A stretch of DNA of 64,000 bases from Candidatus Delongbacteria bacterium (GTDB lineage Bacteria > CAIWAD01): NCBI GenBank assembly GCA_963663545.1, contig OY760505.1, forward strand, positions 1,312,001 to 1,376,000. The letters run 5' to 3'. Positions 57,961-64,000 of this stretch are shown in pieces. Each line of letters opens with the position of its first letter. Within the stretch, counting starts at the first letter, position 1. Under the pieces are notes generated by a model. It saw only the letters and a list, made by a program, of their open reading frames with translations. It ran no database searches and was not told where the DNA came from. The translations under genes were made by a program, and so were the position numbers.

Positions 57961-59079
57961 TCAGCTCACCGCGGCCGACCGCCTCTTGTTGATCAGAGCA
58001 AACAGCATTCCTGCAATCGCTCCGCCCGTTTGAGCCATGACCATCAATGAGACCTGTTGCCGCAGCTGGAAAAGCTGAAGAAGCAGCATCAGCAGCAGCC
58101 ACAGGATCCACGGCGCAACAATCATCCAGATAGGAATGGAATACCATCGATAGCGGAAGGGGATCAGAGAGAAAAACAGGTAGCGCAGTCTGCGCCCGGG
58201 ATGCATCAGTGTGTAGAAGACGATCAGGGCTAACACTCCGGGACTGAATCCCGCCAGCACCTCCGATGAACCCCTACCAAAAATCACGCAGGCAATGGCA
58301 CCCATAAGGATGCCGCTCCAAAACAGGGTCAGCATGGGCAGAACGCCTAGCTTCGCCTCCGCAAACCGCCCTGTCAGCATAAGCAAGTAGGCTCCCAGAA
58401 CCATGAACTGCCAAGCGTGCTGCGGAAGCGCATAGCTGAATAGGTTTAGTGCGTGAGATAGCGTCCATTCAGCCGGAATCAACCCAAGACCATGCACGGC
58501 TGCAGGATGCGAAAGACTGAAGGCAGCCGCCAGCACAAGGAGAAGTGTCAAGGCGATGGTCGCACGGGGAAACGATTTCTCGCCGTTCTCTTCAACGAGC
58601 AAGCCCAGCATGCCAAGTGCCGTTTCCCACCACGTATCGGGACCTCGATCACGATCCGGGAATGCATTCACCCAATCGTGACCTTCGCGCTTCATGCTGG
58701 CCTCGATGGCCATTGTCTGCTCGGCAGTCAAGTCGAGCGTAGACGACTGAGGCTCAACCTTAGCCGGAAGCTGAGCAAAGGCACTCTCGCTCAGCCACAC
58801 GACTTGACAAGCGGCGCAGACCTCCAGTTGTTTACCCTGAGGATCTCCGGGAAAAAGAATGCGTCGTAGCACGCCAGGACACGTTGGACAGCTATGTGTG
58901 CCGGAAGGCGCGGTCCTTGCCTGCTGCCAGAGCTGATTGACAAAGCCTCGATCGACGAATCGGCGTAACACAGCAATCGATACGCCACGCATGCCGCAAC
59001 CAGGACAACGCAAATGGGAGCCATGCTCATCAAGACTCTTCTGGAGTGGTGTGTTACAAATGGGACATGCGTGCGTCAT
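57961..59079 (-). CDS. Zinc-ribbon plus rhomboid-like membrane protein, probably catalytically inactive
   Basis: ATG after GGAGG; four CxxC motifs; G.IP, G..AE..LG, GFSP; AQTGG where AHxGG is expected. Confidence 0.7.
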   Translation of the reverse strand: MTHACPICNTPLQKSLDEHGSHLRCPGCGMRGVSIAVLRRFVDRGFVNQLWQQARTAPSGTHSCPTCPGVLRRILFPGDPQGKQLEVCAACQVVWLSESAFAQLPAKVEPQSSTLDLTAEQTMAIEASMKREGHDWVNAFPDRDRGPDTWWETALGMLGLLVEENGEKSFPRATIALTLLLVLAAAFSLSHPAAVHGLGLIPAEWTLSHALNLFSYALPQHAWQFMVLGAYLLMLTGRFAEAKLGVLPMLTLFWSGILMGAIACVIFGRGSSEVLAGFSPGVLALIVFYTLMHPGRRLRYLFFSLIPFRYRWYSIPIWMIVAPWILWLLLMLLLQLFQLRQQVSLMVMAQTGGAIAGMLFALINKRRSAAVS

Positions 59080-59167
59080 ATTTCCTCCTGTGCCTGGAGG
59101 AATGTAGCACACTGCCCTCATGAGATTGCGGAGAACCTAGGCTGCAGCCCACACTACGCCGACGCAG

Positions 59168-60631
59168 TCAACTCTTCGACTCCTGCTGTAACGGCAGAAT
59201 AACCTTGAAGCAACTGCCTTCGCCGACACGACTTTCAACTTCCACCCTCCCGCTGTGCGCTTCCACAAGCGCCTGTACAATGGACAATCCTAAACCACTG
59301 TGTCCATCTGCACCGCTGCGTGCCTCATCCGCACGATAGAATCGTTCGAAGATGCGCTCAAGATGCACTGGCGAGATACCAGGTCCATCGTCGTCCACGC
59401 TGATCCAGGCTGTATCACCGTCGCGTCCACATGTGACACGAACAAAACCGCCCGGTGTGTCACGGTGATGGATGGCGTTGCCCACAAGGTTACTCACTAT
59501 CGTGCTCAGAGCTTGCGGATCTACTCGGACTTCAACGGGCTGAAGATCGCGCTCGATGTGGACTACAGCCCTGGCTGCCAAAGGGAGAAGCTGCTGCATC
59601 AGGGGGGGGAGTTCAAGCGCCAAATCGCAGAGGCGCGGTTGCACCGTGATACGACCATCATCCTTGCGGGCCAGCAGTAGCAGACCTTCAACCAGTGAGC
59701 GCATACGCAGACCAGCCTCGCGACATGTAACCAGTGTCTCGCGATACTCCTCTGCACTACGCTCACGTTTCAGCACGCGCTGTGTTTCGGTCAGGATCAC
59801 TGTCAATGGCGTGCGTAGCTCATGCCCCGCATCGGCAGTAAAACGACGCTGACGCTCAAGAGCATCGTGTAGGCGGCCAAAGGTTCCGTTGAGTACACTC
59901 GCCAACTGATCCAGTTCACTACGACCACCACTTACCGGCACGCGCTCTTCCAGGTTGCCCTGCGCAATACGTGTGGCCGTATGCGATATGCTCTTGATGG
60001 GCTTGATGGCACGGCCAGCCATCCACCAACCGCCCAACAGCCCCATGAACCATAAGCCAAGACCGACACCGGCGAGTCCTAACCCAAGGCGGCGCATCTC
60101 TTCACGCTCGGGACGGATGTCGCGACCGACAACGCTCCATAAGCCAAAGTCACTGTGATGCAAACTCTCGCGTGTATCACCACGAAAGCGGAGTTCCTCC
60201 TCTAACTCGGGATGATCGAGTGGCGGAAAGGCAGGATCCAGGCTGCTGTAACCAGAGGACAACAGGATCTGGCCCTCCGAATCGGCAAGGGCAAAGTAAC
60301 TGCAACCGGGTCCAGTGTCCGAAAAGCGCTCGAGCGTCGCCTCGTCCAGCGCGAGCTTGCCATCGCGCAGCGCCTGCATCACGCTTTCCGGCAAAGGCGG
60401 GTGGTGCTGTTTCTCGCTAGCCTCTGTAGGAGGATGCTCGCGACCGGCAGCGTGCATCAGGCTCTTGATGAATACGCGCTCTGAATCCTGCAGCTCACGG
60501 TCGATGCGCCTGACGTGATCCATCCAGACCAACTGCCAGGTTGATGCGCACAGCGCAGCGATAGCCGCCAGTAGAGCCACCGCGTGTCCAATCTGGACTT
60601 TCCAGCGAATGGAGTGAATGGGAAGGTTCAT
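59168..60631 (-). CDS. Sensor histidine kinase (HAMP-HisKA-HATPase)
   Basis: Two TMs; FTADAGHELRTPL; NLVGNAI; DDGPGI; FERFYR; GLGLSI. Confidence 0.92.
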   Translation of the reverse strand: MNLPIHSIRWKVQIGHAVALLAAIAALCASTWQLVWMDHVRRIDRELQDSERVFIKSLMHAAGREHPPTEASEKQHHPPLPESVMQALRDGKLALDEATLERFSDTGPGCSYFALADSEGQILLSSGYSSLDPAFPPLDHPELEEELRFRGDTRESLHHSDFGLWSVVGRDIRPEREEMRRLGLGLAGVGLGLWFMGLLGGWWMAGRAIKPIKSISHTATRIAQGNLEERVPVSGGRSELDQLASVLNGTFGRLHDALERQRRFTADAGHELRTPLTVILTETQRVLKRERSAEEYRETLVTCREAGLRMRSLVEGLLLLARKDDGRITVQPRLCDLALELPPLMQQLLPLAARAVVHIERDLQPVEVRVDPQALSTIVSNLVGNAIHHRDTPGGFVRVTCGRDGDTAWISVDDDGPGISPVHLERIFERFYRADEARSGADGHSGLGLSIVQALVEAHSGRVEVESRVGEGSCFKVILPLQQESKS

Positions 60632-61278
60632 TCTACCAAGTAGCCGTGACCGCGCCGTGTGGCGATTACGGATGCTCCCAATTTGCGTCTCAGGTTGGAA
60701 ACGTGGACATCCAGCAGATTTGAGAAGCTGTCCTCGGTCTCATCAAACAGCCGGTCGTATAGACGGGTTCGACTGACCACTTCGCCACGATGTAACACCA
60801 GATACTCGAACAGAATGTACTCGCGCGCTGTCAATGGAACTTCTTCACCATGCCGTGACACAATGCGTCGCGAAATATCGATCACCAGGTCAGCGACTTC
60901 AATTCGTGAGCTCGCACGTCCTGCGCTACGCCGTATCAACGCTTTTACTCGTGATACAAGCTCATCTGCATCGAAGGGTTTAATCAAGTAGTCGTCTGCT
61001 CCGCCGTCAAGCCCGCGAACACGATCTGGAACTGTATCACGCGCTGTCAGCATAAGGACTGGTGTCGTATACTTCGGTCGAAGGGCATCCAGCACCTGCC
61101 AGCCATTCATGCGCGGCATCATCACATCCAACACAATGGCGTCGTACAGGCCATCGCGGGCTTTGGCAAGGCCTACTTCACCGTCTTCGGCCTCATCAAC
61201 GGCAAAGCCCTCCTCGCGTAGGAGGGCCGCCAGGCTTCGACGCAAAGCCGCGTCGTCTTCTACCACCAGTAGTCGCAC
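60628..61278 (-). CDS. OmpR-family response regulator
   Basis: GTG after GAGG; VVEDD, LDVMMP, LTARD, GADDYL.KPF, TRRG.GY. Confidence 0.92.
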   Translation of the reverse strand: MRLLVVEDDAALRRSLAALLREEGFAVDEAEDGEVGLAKARDGLYDAIVLDVMMPRMNGWQVLDALRPKYTTPVLMLTARDTVPDRVRGLDGGADDYLIKPFDADELVSRVKALIRRSAGRASSRIEVADLVIDISRRIVSRHGEEVPLTAREYILFEYLVLHRGEVVSRTRLYDRLFDETEDSFSNLLDVHVSNLRRKLGASVIATRRGHGYLVE

Positions 61279-61287
61279 AACAACCTC

Positions 61288-62508
61288 TTACTCATGTGCC
61301 AGGGCCTGAATGGGATCCAGCCTGGCCGCTCTACGCGCCGGAGCAAATCCGAACACGATGCCCACCGCCGCAGAGAACAGGAAAGCGACGATGTTGATGT
61401 GAGTATTGAAAACAAAATCCACGGAAATGATTTTCGCCAGACCTGCGCTCAGGCCAAGAGCCAACAGAATACCCAGCAATCCACCGACGCTGGAAAGCAC
61501 CAATGCCTCAACAAGGAACTGCTCCAACACTTCGCGCGGGCGCGCTCCAATGGCCAAACGAATGCCAATCTCGCGCGTGCGCTCCGTGACACTAACCAGC
61601 ATGATGTTCATGATTCCGATACCGCCCACCAACAGTGATACGCCAGCGACGGCGGCCAGCAGTGTTGTCATCATCTGTGTGGAACTGCTCATGGTCTCGG
61701 CGATCTGGCGTGTGTCAAAGACGTTAAAGTTGTCATCCTGGCCATTTGTGATACCCCGACGCTCCCGCATAAGCTGCGAGATTTCCGTCAACAGCGCATC
61801 GCTGTCCACATCATCCTCGGCAGAAAGACTGATCTGGTCCACATCCCGTGAACTACTGCGCCCGCCAAGACGCCGCTGCAGGGTAGTCAGCGGTATCACG
61901 ATTGTATCGTCCTGATCGCCCATACCCGCCTGGCCCTTGCTCTTCAGCACGCCAACAACAGTCAGAACAGCCCGTCCTACTCTCAGGCGTGTGCCAAGAA
62001 CCTCCTCCCCCGCCAACAACTCTTCCGCCACAGTGCTTCCAATCACACACACTGCGGCAGCTGATGTTTGCTCTTCTTCAGTAAAGAAGCGGCCCTCAGA
62101 CAGGCTCCAGCGGTTGATGTCGAAATATGCGGAATAGGTGCCCGTGACGCGAGTAGTACGTGCGCGTGTGCGATAGATGGTGGGAACGCTAGTGCTGCGA
62201 ATGGGAGCAGCGGCTGCAATACCCGACACCTCGGCCAGATCCTCAACATCATCCAGCGTGAAGTTGGGCACGCCAGCACCTCGGGAGCGGGGCCCAAATC
62301 CCATGCCCGGCATTACCATGATCAGGTTGCTGCCCAGACTGGAAATCTGGTCGCGAACCGCTTTTGTAGCACCATCGCCCAGAGTAGTCATGGTAATGAC
62401 AGCGGCCACGCCAATGATGATGCCCAGCATGGTCAGCAGAGCACGTGATACATTTCTACGAATCTCGCGAAGGGCAATCGCGAAGGAGTTCAGCAATCGG
62501 GAGATCAT
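61288..62508 (-). CDS. MacB/FtsX-type ABC transporter permease
   Basis: LTMLGIIIGVAAVI, SLLVGGIGIMNIMLVSVTERTREIGIR.AIGA, PARRAA.LDPI.AL. Confidence 0.92.
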   Translation of the reverse strand: MISRLLNSFAIALREIRRNVSRALLTMLGIIIGVAAVITMTTLGDGATKAVRDQISSLGSNLIMVMPGMGFGPRSRGAGVPNFTLDDVEDLAEVSGIAAAAPIRSTSVPTIYRTRARTTRVTGTYSAYFDINRWSLSEGRFFTEEEQTSAAAVCVIGSTVAEELLAGEEVLGTRLRVGRAVLTVVGVLKSKGQAGMGDQDDTIVIPLTTLQRRLGGRSSSRDVDQISLSAEDDVDSDALLTEISQLMRERRGITNGQDDNFNVFDTRQIAETMSSSTQMMTTLLAAVAGVSLLVGGIGIMNIMLVSVTERTREIGIRLAIGARPREVLEQFLVEALVLSSVGGLLGILLALGLSAGLAKIISVDFVFNTHINIVAFLFSAAVGIVFGFAPARRAARLDPIQALAHE

Positions 62509-63215
62509 ACCCACGCTCCTGCGGCCGGAGGACCGTCACTTTCAACCAGCCCGTCGCGAACGGAGATCACACGACGCGCCCTGGCAGCTACCTCCTGCTC
62601 ATGTGTTACAAGCAGTATTGTGATACCACGCTCGGAATTGAGTCGGCTGAGCAAGGCCATGATTTCGTTGGTTGTTGCCGTGTCCAGATTACCTGTAGGC
62701 TCGTCAGCAAGTAGCGTGCTTGGATCACCGACGATGGCCCGTGCTACAGCCACTCTTTGTTGCTGACCACCCGAAAGCTCGGCAGGCGTGTTACGTTCTT
62801 TGTCAGCCAGCCCCACTGCAGCGAGTGCTTCACGGGCACGCTCGCGACGCTCTTTGCGAGTGAAGCCACGATACAGTAGCGGTAGTTCGACATTCTCGAT
62901 TGCACTGGTGCGGGCCAGTAGATTGAATCCCTGGAAGATGAAGCCCATTGCGAGACGGCGCAGCAAGGATCGCTCCTCTGAATCGAGATCTTCCACTGCA
63001 ATTCCTTCATAGAGATAGCTACCCAGGCTGGGGCTGTCCAGACAACCAAGCAGGTTCATCAACGTACTCTTGCCGCTACCGGATGGCCCCATGATGGCCA
63101 CGAACTCGCCACGATCGACGCCGATATTGATGCCTTTCAGGGCCTCGAAGGCAAACTCACCTCGTCCATAAATCTTGTGCAGATTCACGGTCTGAATCAG
63201 AGTTGACTCGCTCAC
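62505..63215 (-). CDS. MacB/LolD-type ABC ATP-binding protein
   Basis: GPSGSGKS, LSGGQQQRVA, LADEPTGNLD, VTH. Confidence 0.93.
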   Translation of the reverse strand: MSESTLIQTVNLHKIYGRGEFAFEALKGINIGVDRGEFVAIMGPSGSGKSTLMNLLGCLDSPSLGSYLYEGIAVEDLDSEERSLLRRLAMGFIFQGFNLLARTSAIENVELPLLYRGFTRKERRERAREALAAVGLADKERNTPAELSGGQQQRVAVARAIVGDPSTLLADEPTGNLDTATTNEIMALLSRLNSERGITILLVTHEQEVAARARRVISVRDGLVESDGPPAAGAWV

Positions 63216-64000
63216 GAGTTAACCTGGCTCTGGCCGACGATGACTTCGTCCCCTTCCTGGAGCTCTTCGGATTCCACCTGCGTGCGACGTCCATCGCTCA
63301 ATCCGACAGCGACGTGTACGGGCATAGGATGTCCATCACGCAAAATCCAGATCGTGTTGGCATCGCCATCACTGTTCGTAGCGGGCTCGGTTGCCTCGGT
63401 AGTTGTGCTAGAGCGGCGGTTTGGACGTGGCGGACGGGGCATCAAGTTGTCTACGAAGCTCCGCTTCTGCGAACTGCTACTCTGCGAAGGCGCACTCCCC
63501 ATGTTGGGCGGCGGTCCACCCGCTCCATCTTCAGGCTTGGGCATTTCGAAACGCAACGCAGCAGGAGGAACCAGCCAGGCATCGCTGCACTCGGCCACGC
63601 GAAGATCGGCCGTAGCCGTCATTCCGGGACGAAGGCTAAAGTCGCCGTTGTCCACAATCAGCTTGACCGCATAAGTCACCACGTTGTCGACGATTTCGCT
63701 TCCCCAGGAAACGCGTGTCACACTGGCCTCGTACTTGCGATCAGGATAGGCGTCCACCGCGAAACTGGCACCCAGACCTTCTGTGATACGAGCGATATCC
63801 GCCTCGGCAACAGCCACCTCCAACTGCATGTGAGACAAGTCCTCTGCAATCACGAATAGCTCTGGAGCCGAAAAGCTGGCCGCAACGGTCTGTCCGACTT
63901 CGATACTGCGTGTCAACACAACACCGTTTGTTGGACTGCTGATGAGTGCTTTGGCCAGGTTGCTCTCCTGACTCTCTACCTGCGCCTGACTCTGAGCAAG
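63212..64000 (-). CDS. MacA-like periplasmic adaptor subunit, C-terminal part (truncated by window end)
   Basis: Frame open to the window end; I.SP.NGVV, GQTVAASF.AP.LF, V.EADI, F.VDAYP, LRPGMTA, GLSDG. Confidence 0.88.
   Translation of the reverse strand, partial: LAQSQAQVESQESNLAKALISSPTNGVVLTRSIEVGQTVAASFSAPELFVIAEDLSHMQLEVAVAEADIARITEGLGASFAVDAYPDRKYEASVTRVSWGSEIVDNVVTYAVKLIVDNGDFSLRPGMTATADLRVAECSDAWLVPPAALRFEMPKPEDGAGGPPPNMGSAPSQSSSSQKRSFVDNLMPRPPRPNRRSSTTTEATEPATNSDGDANTIWILRDGHPMPVHVAVGLSDGRRTQVESEELQEGDEVIVGQSQVNS

Larger units (their letters stand above)
1381..63789. repeat. Dispersed highly iterated heptamer GTGATAC/GTATCAC (family GTRWYAC)
   Basis: Manual count of about 124 exact copies across the window (57 GTGATAC, 67 GTATCAC), e.g. 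1381, 2648, 6686, 18252, 18264, 30793, 30803, 41520, 41529, 63783. Confidence 0.9.

Noticed and set aside
1381..63789. Reading the GTGATAC motif as CRP/FNR sites, parS or Chi
   Set aside because: Copies are mostly single and intragenic, lack the TGTGA-N6-TCACA or 16-bp parS arrangement, and show no strong strand polarity

Overview
64 kb of chromosome from a moderately GC-rich diderm bacterium, probably FCB superphylum (inferred from type IX-like C-terminal sorting domains, a C25 gingipain-like protease, a PorP/SprF-like protein and a tmRNA tag AGNDYAIAA). In order: a DUF2089/SHOCT-like pair; a C25 protease; an Mpv17/PMP22-like membrane gene whose 3' end is reiterated as a 130-bp tandem array; an IF-2B-like gene and fetAB-like ABC genes; a PhoB-like regulator next to a TonB-dependent receptor and lipoprotein; a DtxR/MntR regulator; msrC-like, OsmC and tkt genes; a receptor-less che operon (cheA-cheY-cheX-cheW-cheY-cheB-cheR-PilZ); an arsR-arsP-arsEFG-arsC cluster; tmRNA; a ~17-kb tightly coupled minus-strand run (selA-djlA-selB, lipoprotein, type-B-CTD adhesin, PorP/SprF-like, ExbB-ExbD-ExbD, membrane-anchored, TPR, secreted and FGE-fold genes); a TlpA/DUF6029-like redox cluster; an aminotransferase; a structured 1.1-kb non-coding island; a degenerate rhomboid; a two-component system; and a MacAB-type exporter cut by the window end. 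The most striking unexplained signal is the heptamer GTGATAC/GTATCAC: about 120 copies by manual count versus about 8 expected, on both strands and mostly inside coding sequence, like HIP1 or a DNA uptake sequence. All family assignments come from motif recognition by eye. No searches were run and all counts are manual.
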